DNA of 64,000 nucleotides from a virus. Taxonomy: Duplodnaviria > Caudoviricetes. Within the stretch, counting starts at the first letter, position 1; every line of letters starts with the position of its first letter. A program made the position numbers and the translations under genes. Below are positions 54,508 through 62,970 of the stretch, one piece after another. The notes under the pieces were generated by a model. The model did no database searches, had not been told where the DNA came from, and saw only the letters and a program-made list of their open reading frames with translations. The stretch spans positions 18,451 through 82,450 of the IMG/VR virus record IMGVR_UViG_3300036805_000137. One strand, 5' to 3'.

Positions 54508-54681
54508 ATGGATGGTTTCGTAGAGTCATATGCCGACCCGCGCATCATCAGCTGCCCATGCCGGCAATGCAGCAAAGGGTTGCGGTGTAAGTACATGGCT
54601 GAGCGGATAGAAGCATACGAGCTCAGGCAAGCATTGACGGAAGATGACAAACAATGGTTACGGTTGCACGGGTGGAGCTAG
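54508..54681 (+). CDS. Small Cys-rich protein
   Basis: CPCRQC...C. Confidence 0.45.
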   Translation: MDGFVESYADPRIISCPCRQCSKGLRCKYMAERIEAYELRQALTEDDKQWLRLHGWS

Positions 54682-54870
54682 CGGGGTTGCAATTCTCGGG
54701 TGCAGTTCATAGGTTTGATTGTTTTTATCGAATGCACCCAGCTGGTATGCGTCACCGTCAATTTCAACCCACGCGGGGATCCAATCGGTACCCGTATCAA
54801 TGCCGTGCACCTGTATCCCCACAGGCGGGCAGCACACCATTTCATTAGTAATGCGTTCCCAGACAGTCAT
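54658..54870 (-). CDS. Small antisense-oriented protein
   Basis: ATGA coupling with the upstream reverse gene. Confidence 0.55.
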   Translation of the reverse strand: MTVWERITNEMVCCPPVGIQVHGIDTGTDWIPAWVEIDGDAYQLGAFDKNNQTYELHPRIATPLAPPVQP

Positions 54871-55046
54871 GAGCGCACCCTAGCACAATGCGTTTTGACG
54901 TCTCGGTCAGCACGCCATGGTCGGTCAAACCATGGCTGGCCCCGCCACCGGCAGTCCCGGCAGCTGCCGTAGTAGCTCACACAGCCGTAGGCATCCTCCC
55001 GGCCGCGGGTTTCAGCTCGATGACCCCGGCGTCTCCTGCGCGTCAT
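54867..55046 (-). CDS. Small antisense-oriented zinc-binding protein
   Basis: CRDC...HC. Confidence 0.45.
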   Translation of the reverse strand: MTRRRRRGHRAETRGREDAYGCVSYYGSCRDCRWRGQPWFDRPWRADRDVKTHCARVRS

Positions 55047-55074
55047 AGGCGCACCGTACCAGAGGTGGTGAACA

Positions 55075-55425
55075 GTGCCGCGGTTGCTCGTGATCAATGA
55101 GATTGTCATCACTGCTCTGGAAACAATAGGCATGATCCTCGCTGCATTCGGATTGGGGGTGTTCGCTGCATGGGTTACTGGTGCCGCGGGATTCCTCTTG
55201 GTGTCTGGTGCCGGACTGATTGGTGCCGCTTACATTGCGGCCCGCGCCCAGCGCGAACAGATCGAGCGAGCCACGGAGAAACAACCACCACCAGAACCGC
55301 CGGCAGGACTGGTCAACACAGCCAAGACGGTGCAGCGCTACATGGCTGAGCGCCAGGCGGCCAGTGTGCAGCAAGCGAGTGTGCAATCGGTGCAGGTGCA
55401 GGACGGGATACCACTGTCGTCATGA
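55075..55425 (+). CDS. Pre-portal membrane protein
   Basis: Two TM helices; position before the portal. Confidence 0.7.
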   Translation: MPRLLVINEIVITALETIGMILAAFGLGVFAAWVTGAAGFLLVSGAGLIGAAYIAARAQREQIERATEKQPPPEPPAGLVNTAKTVQRYMAERQAASVQQASVQSVQVQDGIPLSS

Positions 55426-55664
55426 TGAGTAGCGAATTCTCTAAGGCACCGAAACGTCAAGGCCGACCCGTGCGGTTACGTGAAGACGGATTGTTATGGT
55501 TTATCAATCGATGCGTATTCCACCCGCGGGGTTACGCGTTGGCAGTGGATACAGATACTAATGCTTGGTATCTGTTAGGCGATGGTGTTGAGCCTTGGGT
55601 GTTTGGCGGGGATGGTTCTGATGAGACTGATTTGTTGCGGCAGATTAAGGAATTGATGCCGTGA
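55422..55664 (+). CDS. Hypothetical protein
   Basis: REDGLLWFINR..FHPRG.AL. Confidence 0.65.
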   Translation: MMSSEFSKAPKRQGRPVRLREDGLLWFINRCVFHPRGYALAVDTDTNAWYLLGDGVEPWVFGGDGSDETDLLRQIKELMP

Positions 55665-56899
55665 GTCTGTTATTCCGCACCGCCAACATACAGGGGCCTT
55701 ACGCAGGCTACTGGGGCGAGTTTGTGGGCGCCACCGCGGCTGATCTCGTGCCCTACCGCATGCCCATGCAACAGGTCCTACCCGGCCACATGGTCAATGA
55801 CCAGTCAGCAATGCGGCACTCAGCTGTCTGGGGATGCTTGCGACTGCGCGCCAACCTCATCAGCACCTTTCCGTTGGAGACGTTCCGTCAGGGCGAGGGC
55901 GATTTACCCGCGCTCAAAGTTCCCTCGCCACCCTCAATTCTACGGCCGGGCGGCTCGCAAGCCGATTATGTCGAGTGGATGTACTCAACACAATTTGACC
56001 TAGACCGCGCGGGCAACTCAGTAGGTATTATCCGCTCTATCAACGGCTACGGGCTGCCTGCAGAAGTTGAGTTGATCCCATTATCCTGGGTATCAGTGCG
56101 CACTATCGACAATCGCATCACGCATTGGTACATCCGCGGTCAGGAGTATCCACCAGAGCTCATTTGGCATGAAAAACAATACACGGTGGCCGGTTTTCCT
56201 CTGGGATTGTCCCCCGTAATGTACGCGGCATGGTCGATTAGTGAGGGACTGAGCATTCAGGACTTTGCGATTTCGTGGTTTACCATGGGAGGAATACCGC
56301 GCGGGCACTTAAAAAACAACACTCAGCCCACTGTCACGGATAGCCAAGCCGCTGGCATCAAGGCCAAGCTCAAAGAATCGGTGCAGTCAGGTGACGCGCT
56401 GGTCACGGGTAAGGACTGGGATTATGCCCTCATCAGCCCAGAGCAGACTGGTATGGAATGGATCGAGGCCCGCCGGCTCACACCCATTGAGGTGGCCCGA
56501 TTCTTTGACGTCCCGGCAGATCTCATTGATGCTGCGATATCCGGGGAGTCGGTAACTTACGCTAATGTGACGCAGCGAAATCTGCAGTTCTTATCGATGA
56601 GCCTCGGGCCAGCCATCATTCGGCGTGAAAACAACCTCAACAAAATGCTGCCAAACAAGCAATTTGTGAAGATGAACATCGATGCACTTCTGCGAAGTGA
56701 CCCGAAAACTCTCACAGAGATGCTGAACCTGCAAGTAGCCGGCCGGTTGCTCACACCAAATGAGGCGCGCTTTATGTTAGACCGCCAGCCATTGACAGAG
56801 GCGGATTGCGCAGAGTTTGACCGCTTCTGGCCCCCACGTCCAGCACCGGGTGCGACCAATCCGACCACACCGCCCAATGCACCGCAGCCGCCGCTCTAG
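55661..56899 (+). CDS. HK97-family portal protein
   Basis: AMRHSAVWGC, GLSP, IARFF-like VARFFDVP, YAN, LLTPNEAR. Confidence 0.95.
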   Translation: MSLLFRTANIQGPYAGYWGEFVGATAADLVPYRMPMQQVLPGHMVNDQSAMRHSAVWGCLRLRANLISTFPLETFRQGEGDLPALKVPSPPSILRPGGSQADYVEWMYSTQFDLDRAGNSVGIIRSINGYGLPAEVELIPLSWVSVRTIDNRITHWYIRGQEYPPELIWHEKQYTVAGFPLGLSPVMYAAWSISEGLSIQDFAISWFTMGGIPRGHLKNNTQPTVTDSQAAGIKAKLKESVQSGDALVTGKDWDYALISPEQTGMEWIEARRLTPIEVARFFDVPADLIDAAISGESVTYANVTQRNLQFLSMSLGPAIIRRENNLNKMLPNKQFVKMNIDALLRSDPKTLTEMLNLQVAGRLLTPNEARFMLDRQPLTEADCAEFDRFWPPRPAPGATNPTTPPNAPQPPL

Positions 56900-57087
56900 T
56901 CATGTAAGTAAGGCTCAACATCAATTATGTAGGGAATTGCGGTGTACTCATCCATGAGTGTTTCTTTCAGGACGTGTTCCTCCGTGTAATGCCTATTCGC
57001 CAGAAACCATGCACGTCCGTTATCCGGGGTACCGAGAGAGCTTACATATCCGCATGTGCACTTAGGCCGGTACAGGACTACTGCCAT
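56896..57087 (-). CDS. Small antisense zinc-binding protein between portal and protease
   Basis: CTCG...HYTEEH. Confidence 0.5.
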   Translation of the reverse strand: MAVVLYRPKCTCGYVSSLGTPDNGRAWFLANRHYTEEHVLKETLMDEYTAIPYIIDVEPYLHD

Positions 57088-57113
57088 GCCGTGCAGCCTA
57101 GCAGGAGAGGGTA

Positions 57114-58049
57114 ATGCCCAAGACATCGAGTAACACCATCACCCGTGAGACGGCAGCGGCAGAGCGCAAGGCAGCGTTGCTACGGGGCAAGTCAGAGGAC
57201 CGCCACGGCCTGCACCTGGCCCGCGGGACGGCACCCATCGAGGTGGACACACGCCGGGTGCTCACGTTCCCCCTGCATCTGCAGCCGGTCACCCGGGATG
57301 ACCAGCCGCCGCGCGAGATCATCCCGTTTCCGGGCACCGCGGCGATCCGCTCCGCGCCGGCCAAGACTACTCGCGCGATGGAGTGCGAGTGCGCAGACGG
57401 TGAATGCACATGCACCGATCCCGACAATGAGGGTGATGGCGAATCGTTTTGGTGTCATTTATCGGGGGTTGCTTCTGTAGTCGAGACTCCCTATTCGATG
57501 TGGGACATTTTCGGGCCTTATGAGGAAAAAGTCAGCTCTCGTGCATTCGATGCGTCATTGTCCCGCGGGCCTGATGTGGCATTCCTGGTCAACCACGGCG
57601 GGCTGACCATGGCTCGTACCCGCGCCGGCACATTGATGTTGTCAGCTATGCCACAAGGGCTGGCTATCGAGACGTGGGCGAATCGTCAACGCAATGACGT
57701 GCACGACCTGGCCATCGCCATTGCTGAGGGCAGTATCGATCAGATGTCATTCGCAGCATTCCTAGAGGAAGGAGAATGGAACGACGATTTTACCCAGTTC
57801 ACCATCCTGCGTCTCGATCTTGACTGCGGGGATGTCTCCGCGGTGAATTTCGGCGCCAACCCCAATACGTCTATTGCCCATCGTGCCCATCAATTCCTAG
57901 AGCAGATTGACCATCTCCCAGAGCGTGCAGCCCGGGAGGCACTACGGATATTGGAGGCACGTTATGGGTCTGTGGAAAACAACGAAACAAAGCAAGCCGC
58001 TGGCCGCTCGCTCGCTTTGGTCCGTAGCGCGTTACTTGCTGGCGAATAA
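57114..58049 (+). CDS. HK97-type prohead protease
   Basis: Y.E.V...AF, FLVNH, ARTRAGTL, DQMSFA, DVSAVNFGANP. Confidence 0.9.
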   Translation: MPKTSSNTITRETAAAERKAALLRGKSEDRHGLHLARGTAPIEVDTRRVLTFPLHLQPVTRDDQPPREIIPFPGTAAIRSAPAKTTRAMECECADGECTCTDPDNEGDGESFWCHLSGVASVVETPYSMWDIFGPYEEKVSSRAFDASLSRGPDVAFLVNHGGLTMARTRAGTLMLSAMPQGLAIETWANRQRNDVHDLAIAIAEGSIDQMSFAAFLEEGEWNDDFTQFTILRLDLDCGDVSAVNFGANPNTSIAHRAHQFLEQIDHLPERAAREALRILEARYGSVENNETKQAAGRSLALVRSALLAGE

Positions 58050-58167
58050 AGCCCATAGGCGCGTGCTCATTCGATTTGTCGCAGTGCAGCTCATCACACG
58101 GCCACGCGCCGTGTACACGGCATATCGAGCCATTGCCAGGCTCACAAGATAGCGAGGGAGCACAACA

Positions 58168-59610
58168 GTGACTACCACTGTTCAGGAATTGATAGCCGGC
58201 ATTGAGGTGGAACAAGAGGCGGCCCAGAAGCGTTATGATAAGGCCACCATCGAGGTTCGCTCCATTCTGGCACTAGCCAGCCAAGAGGGTCGCCCGTCCC
58301 TGACTGTTGATGAGGACAAGCGGGTAGCTGAACTATTCCAGATGCGTGACGGGGCCAAGGCCGATCAGGAATCTATCGCCACCAAGCTGGCTAACGCGCG
58401 CAAGATTGAGCTGGATGACAAACGCGACCGCGCGCAGCTCGATAATATACAGCCCTCTGGTGCACCAGAACTGCGCAGTGGCGACAAGCCGGCCTATGAT
58501 CAGGTGGGCCGGGTCACCCGGGGAGAGCGCACCTATCACAAGGGAAATGACCGCCGCGGTGCTATGTTCGTCAAAGATGTGGTGCGCCAGCATATGTTTA
58601 AGGATGTCGAAGCGGGCACCCGGCTGGCAATGCACATGGCAGAGGAGAGAGTCGAGCGCGCCAGCACCGGATATTTAGAGCGCGCAGTCGGCACTGGTGC
58701 ATTTACGGGATTAGTCGTGCCGCAGTATTTAACGGATATGTACGCACCCGCAGTGGCCGCTATGCGACCATTCGCGGACGTTTGTAACCATCACGACTTG
58801 CCCGCGTACGGGATGACTGTAAACATTTCCCGGATTACTACGGCATCGTCTGTGGCATTGCAGGCCACAGAAAACACATCGGTGAGCGCGACTGATATGG
58901 ATGACACGTTGCTCACCGAGGTCATCCAAACCGCGGCCGGACAGCAAACCATTTCCCGGCAGGCTGCAGAGCGTGGTGTAGGGATTGAGGAAGTAGTGGT
59001 TGATGACCTTTTCAGGCGCTATGCGACTGCCTTGGACGCCACCCTCATCAACCAGACCACTACCGGGTTGTCCGCGGTAGCGTCCAGTATCACCTACGAT
59101 GACGCCAGCCCTAGCGGTGTCGAGGCCTGGCCCAAGATCCTGGCCGGCGCGGCATTGTCTGAGGCGTCTCTACTCGGTTTCGCACAGCCCGATGTGGTTC
59201 TCATGCACTCGCGGCGCTGGTACTGGCTGCAGAGCCAACTAACCAACCAGTTCCCATTGTTCGGGCAACCCGGAATCGTGGACACCCACGCCGGCATCAA
59301 CTACGCGGAAAAATACGGCCGGGGAGCTCGCGGCATTATGCCTAACGGCATGATCGCGGTGGTGGACAATAACATCGCCACCAACTTGGGCACCGGAACT
59401 AACCAAGATGAAATGTACATCATCGCGTCCGATGAATGCCATTTATGGGAAGATCCCGCAGCGCCCGTATTCATGCGGGCAGAACAGCCGGCGGCCGCAC
59501 AGCTAGGCATTCTGCTGGTCTTGTATGGGTATTTCGCCTATTCATTCCGCCGGTATTCAGCGGCCAACGCCAAGATTGCTGGGACGGGTTTCGTTTCACC
59601 GACATTCTAA
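58168..59610 (+). CDS. HK97-fold major capsid protein with N-terminal delta/scaffold domain
   Basis: Coiled-coil N-terminus, GLVVPQYL, LMHSRRW; position after the protease. Confidence 0.9.
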   Translation: MTTTVQELIAGIEVEQEAAQKRYDKATIEVRSILALASQEGRPSLTVDEDKRVAELFQMRDGAKADQESIATKLANARKIELDDKRDRAQLDNIQPSGAPELRSGDKPAYDQVGRVTRGERTYHKGNDRRGAMFVKDVVRQHMFKDVEAGTRLAMHMAEERVERASTGYLERAVGTGAFTGLVVPQYLTDMYAPAVAAMRPFADVCNHHDLPAYGMTVNISRITTASSVALQATENTSVSATDMDDTLLTEVIQTAAGQQTISRQAAERGVGIEEVVVDDLFRRYATALDATLINQTTTGLSAVASSITYDDASPSGVEAWPKILAGAALSEASLLGFAQPDVVLMHSRRWYWLQSQLTNQFPLFGQPGIVDTHAGINYAEKYGRGARGIMPNGMIAVVDNNIATNLGTGTNQDEMYIIASDECHLWEDPAAPVFMRAEQPAAAQLGILLVLYGYFAYSFRRYSAANAKIAGTGFVSPTF

Positions 59611-59662
59611 CTCTCCATAGTTGGACTGTTACTCTATTGTTTTGCTGAACGGAGGGTTAGGC

Positions 59663-60016
59663 ATGACACTGCACACACCATTATCTGATTTTGCATTTCC
59701 TTCGCAAACTCAGGCAGCCGGTACATTTTCTAGTGGTCCGCTCGATGTGGCTGGCGGGGCAAATTTCGTGGCAGCTTTCGTCAATGTGGCTGCAGCCGCC
59801 GGCACCACACACACGCTCGATGTCAAGCTGCAGAGCTCCAATGATGCAGCCACGTGGGCAGACCTGCCGGGCGGTGCTATCACACAAATCACCGGCACGT
59901 CTAACTCGGCCATTGCATCCGCACTGGTCAACGATGACTACGTACAGGCGGTAGCCACTGTAGGCGGTACCGGCTCGCCTACGGTCACGTTTGCGGTAGG
60001 AGTGTTGATCATCTGA
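59663..60016 (+). CDS. Putative capsid decoration / structural protein
   Basis: Small beta-rich protein after the capsid gene. Confidence 0.55.
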   Translation: MTLHTPLSDFAFPSQTQAAGTFSSGPLDVAGGANFVAAFVNVAAAAGTTHTLDVKLQSSNDAATWADLPGGAITQITGTSNSAIASALVNDDYVQAVATVGGTGSPTVTFAVGVLII

Positions 60017-60663
60017 TGACCAGCTCAAACAAACCAGCGGACACCACCGCGCCGGCACAGACCACCACGGGCAGCGCTACCCCTACGGAGGTCAGTTCGC
60101 CCACCCAGACCGCGGCAGCACGCACCGCGGCGCAGGGGGGTGACACCGGGATAATTGGCCCGACTGATGCGGCTTTTACGGCTGATGACCTCGCAGAGAT
60201 CGAGCAAGCCGATTCTCCCTACTACCAGCTGTCCTCACGCATCACCCAGCTGTTGGGCGAGCGCGAGATTGTGGACGCGCTGGGCAACACGGAGCGTGTC
60301 TACGCGGTTGATAAGGAGCTGGGCGAGATGCGGCGCGTCTGGGATGATCGCGACACCACCACGGAGGCTCGTGACACCCCGCCGGAAGGGCGCCAGACGC
60401 TGCGAGAGCGCCAGATCAGGACCGGTAGCGGGCCGGTGGCATCCACACCGCCACCGCAGCGGCCGGCACCGGCTACGGCCACTACAGCGGCCGGCACGAC
60501 CGCATCAGGCGAGGACACCGCAACCACGCCGACCACGTCGACAACTAGTGGCGCTGCAGGGGGTAAATCGACCCCGGCCAATACTCCTACCAGCGGTTCT
60601 ACCACCTCGACTGGCGGGGCAAGCACGCCGACTACAACCGGCGGGAGTGAGGCCAAGCCGTGA
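60016..60663 (+). CDS. Thr/Ala/Gly-rich head-region protein
   Basis: Low-complexity termini, short helical core. Confidence 0.55.
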   Translation: MTSSNKPADTTAPAQTTTGSATPTEVSSPTQTAAARTAAQGGDTGIIGPTDAAFTADDLAEIEQADSPYYQLSSRITQLLGEREIVDALGNTERVYAVDKELGEMRRVWDDRDTTTEARDTPPEGRQTLRERQIRTGSGPVASTPPPQRPAPATATTAAGTTASGEDTATTPTTSTTSGAAGGKSTPANTPTSGSTTSTGGASTPTTTGGSEAKP

Positions 60664-61013
60664 CCGCGCCCGTGCCATCACCGCCAGGGACGTGGCTGAC
60701 CGTGGATGAGCTGAAAAATGATCAGTCGCTCGATGGTGTGCCGCTGAGCACTCGCGATGATCAGGCGCTGCAACGCAGCCTCTACGCAGCGATGTCCTGG
60801 GTGATGGACCGGCGCAAAGACATCGATTACCACGGCAACTGGACAGTGCCGTGGGAGGTCAGGCTAGGCACGCTGCGTCTGGCCGCGAGATGGTTTATCC
60901 GGCGCAACAGCCCTACCGGGCTTGTGCAGATGGGCGAGCTTGGCGCCGGGCAGATCCCCGCGGTGGACAATGACATCTACCTACAGCTGGGCATCCTGGG
61001 TGGTCTGGCATGA
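60660..61013 (+). CDS. Head-tail adaptor (gp6-like)
   Basis: TVDELK...AA...V..GTLRLAAR.F.RRNSP.G. Confidence 0.8.
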   Translation: MTAPVPSPPGTWLTVDELKNDQSLDGVPLSTRDDQALQRSLYAAMSWVMDRRKDIDYHGNWTVPWEVRLGTLRLAARWFIRRNSPTGLVQMGELGAGQIPAVDNDIYLQLGILGGLA

Positions 61014-61405
61014 GTGCGCCCGGCGATATCAGCGGCACCCCGGGCGTTGAGCGGGTGGTATCCGGCATCGAATTCGCGCTGGCCTCAGTGCCGGATTTCC
61101 GCGTCATCAACTCGGTAGCGTTGCCCGTGGTACCGCCGGCATTGGTAATCGGCCCGCCACGGCTGTCTATTCGGGGTTACTCGTTTGCTGGTACGGGACT
61201 GACTACGGCGCAGTTTAACATTTACATTGTCGTGGTCATGAATCAGTACGCGATAGATATTTTGCGATCAATCATAGCATCGGTGATGTATGCGCTTGAG
61301 CGGTTCACCCCGGGAATTGTGCTGAGCTCTGTGCCCGGGGTTTATCCCAGTCCGGGCGGTTCATTGCCAGCGTATATTGTGACCTTTCAGCAAGAGCTGA
61401 GATAG
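61010..61405 (+). CDS. Tail terminator / head-tail completion protein
   Basis: Size and position; PPALVIGPP. Confidence 0.65.
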   Translation: MSAPGDISGTPGVERVVSGIEFALASVPDFRVINSVALPVVPPALVIGPPRLSIRGYSFAGTGLTTAQFNIYIVVVMNQYAIDILRSIIASVMYALERFTPGIVLSSVPGVYPSPGGSLPAYIVTFQQELR

Positions 61406-61419
61406 TAGGAGCTGCGCTA

Positions 61420-61857
61420 ATGACGATACCGCTTATCACTCCCATGGTGCATCAGCAACGGCTCAAAGTGGTCACGTTTACGCTGGCCACCACGGACTTT
61501 ACCACACAAATGTCCAGCTGGACGATGCAGAATAACACCGCACTGGGCACCAAGACATTTACTTACGCGGGGAACATCTCGGAATTCAGAACGGACACCG
61601 ATAACGACTATGCCCTCGCTCTCAGGTTCTTTTCGGATTGGCGGTCTGGCGGTATATCTGATTTTCTCGTTATCAATAACCGTGCGTACGCTGCATTTGT
61701 CCTTGACCATCACCCCGACATCGTAGGCGAACACGTACGGTGGACGGGAACGTGTCAGATCTGGGCACCCAGTGTTGGTGGCGATGCGCGCATCACTGAG
61801 GAAACAACTGTCACGCTGCCCGTACTCGGGTTACCACCCTATGCCCGGATTGGATGA
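61420..61857 (+). CDS. Major tail (tube) protein
   Basis: Beta-rich, WTG.C.I..PSVGG...T.TLPVLG. Confidence 0.7.
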   Translation: MTIPLITPMVHQQRLKVVTFTLATTDFTTQMSSWTMQNNTALGTKTFTYAGNISEFRTDTDNDYALALRFFSDWRSGGISDFLVINNRAYAAFVLDHHPDIVGEHVRWTGTCQIWAPSVGGDARITEETTVTLPVLGLPPYARIG

Positions 61858-61863
61858 TCTGCC

Positions 61864-62373
61864 ATGACATTGCAATCCACCATCCAGTTCTCATTGGCCG
61901 CTGCTATTGTGGGAACACCCGCGGTGGGTGCCACACAAGCCGCGCTCAATCTGCCGCTAGGGTGGAATCTTGTTAACGGTACCGGCGCGGGTCAGGCTGA
62001 TACGGCATGGTGGGTGCAGAGCACCTTAGCGGCGAGTACGTCAGAGACCTGGGATTTCGCCGGCACCCTGCACGACCTGCTCAATAATCTGATCACCCTG
62101 GCGCGCATCAAGGCGCTGGTGGTCACCGCTGCCGCGGGCAACACAAACAATGTGGTAATCGGGGGCGGTGCAACCACACTGGCTACTTTGTTTGGGGCCA
62201 CCACGCATACTACGCCAGTGCGGCCGGGCGGCACAGTGGCATGGTTTGTGGGTGCTAATGACGCGGTGGGTTATACCGTCACATCCGGCACCGGGGATTT
62301 ACTGCAGGTCGGCAACTCGGGTGCAGGGTCATCGGTCACGTACACAATCGCGGTGATAGGAGCCAGCGCATGA
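61864..62373 (+). CDS. Additional tail/structural protein
   Basis: Beta-rich Gly/Ala/Thr protein between tail tube and chaperones. Confidence 0.6.
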   Translation: MTLQSTIQFSLAAAIVGTPAVGATQAALNLPLGWNLVNGTGAGQADTAWWVQSTLAASTSETWDFAGTLHDLLNNLITLARIKALVVTAAAGNTNNVVIGGGATTLATLFGATTHTTPVRPGGTVAWFVGANDAVGYTVTSGTGDLLQVGNSGAGSSVTYTIAVIGASA

Positions 62374-62771
62374 TTACATTTATTATCAAACCGGATGATG
62401 GCGAACCGTTCCGGGTCAAGGCTGACAGCCGTGACGTCCGGCTCTGGGAGCGCATCAACCCGCGTAACACACTGCGCCGCATCGCGGAACAGCCCAACGT
62501 GGATGACTATTACTCATTGTCGCACCTGGCAATCAAACGCCAGCGGCTGCGCGAGATAGCGCCATTTGACGATTATGTGGAGACACATGCGGTAGAGGCC
62601 CTGATGGACACTTCTGAGGTACTGGACTATGACGAATTACTCGCGGTGATTGATAAATCCATGGCTGAACCGGATGCCAATTCGGTACGAGTGGCAAATG
62701 CTGTTGTCGAATTACTCGACAGTTTACGGTTGAGGTCGTTAGAGCCGGTCCCTACACTGCCGGGTCGTTGA
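62370..62771 (+). CDS. Tail assembly chaperone
   Basis: Position; V.ADSRD...WE. Confidence 0.65.
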   Translation: MITFIIKPDDGEPFRVKADSRDVRLWERINPRNTLRRIAEQPNVDDYYSLSHLAIKRQRLREIAPFDDYVETHAVEALMDTSEVLDYDELLAVIDKSMAEPDANSVRVANAVVELLDSLRLRSLEPVPTLPGR

Positions 62772-62959
62772 GCCGCACTATTATCGCGCTGGCGCTGGCC
62801 AGCGGCATTGACCCGGAAGTATGGTGGAATCAGGATCTGCGCAGTATTGCTACTGCGATGGAATTACTAGAACAGCGCAACAAACGTGATGAGCAGATGT
62901 CACGTGATCCCCGCAGTGGTGCAACTTTCGATGAGCAAGGCCGGCAGATGTCAGGCTAG
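62768..62959 (+). CDS. Second tail assembly chaperone segment
   Basis: IALALASGIDPEVW...IATA.ELL; lies in the -1 frame. Confidence 0.6.
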   Translation: MSRTIIALALASGIDPEVWWNQDLRSIATAMELLEQRNKRDEQMSRDPRSGATFDEQGRQMSG

Positions 62960-62970
62960 GTGGTGTACAC

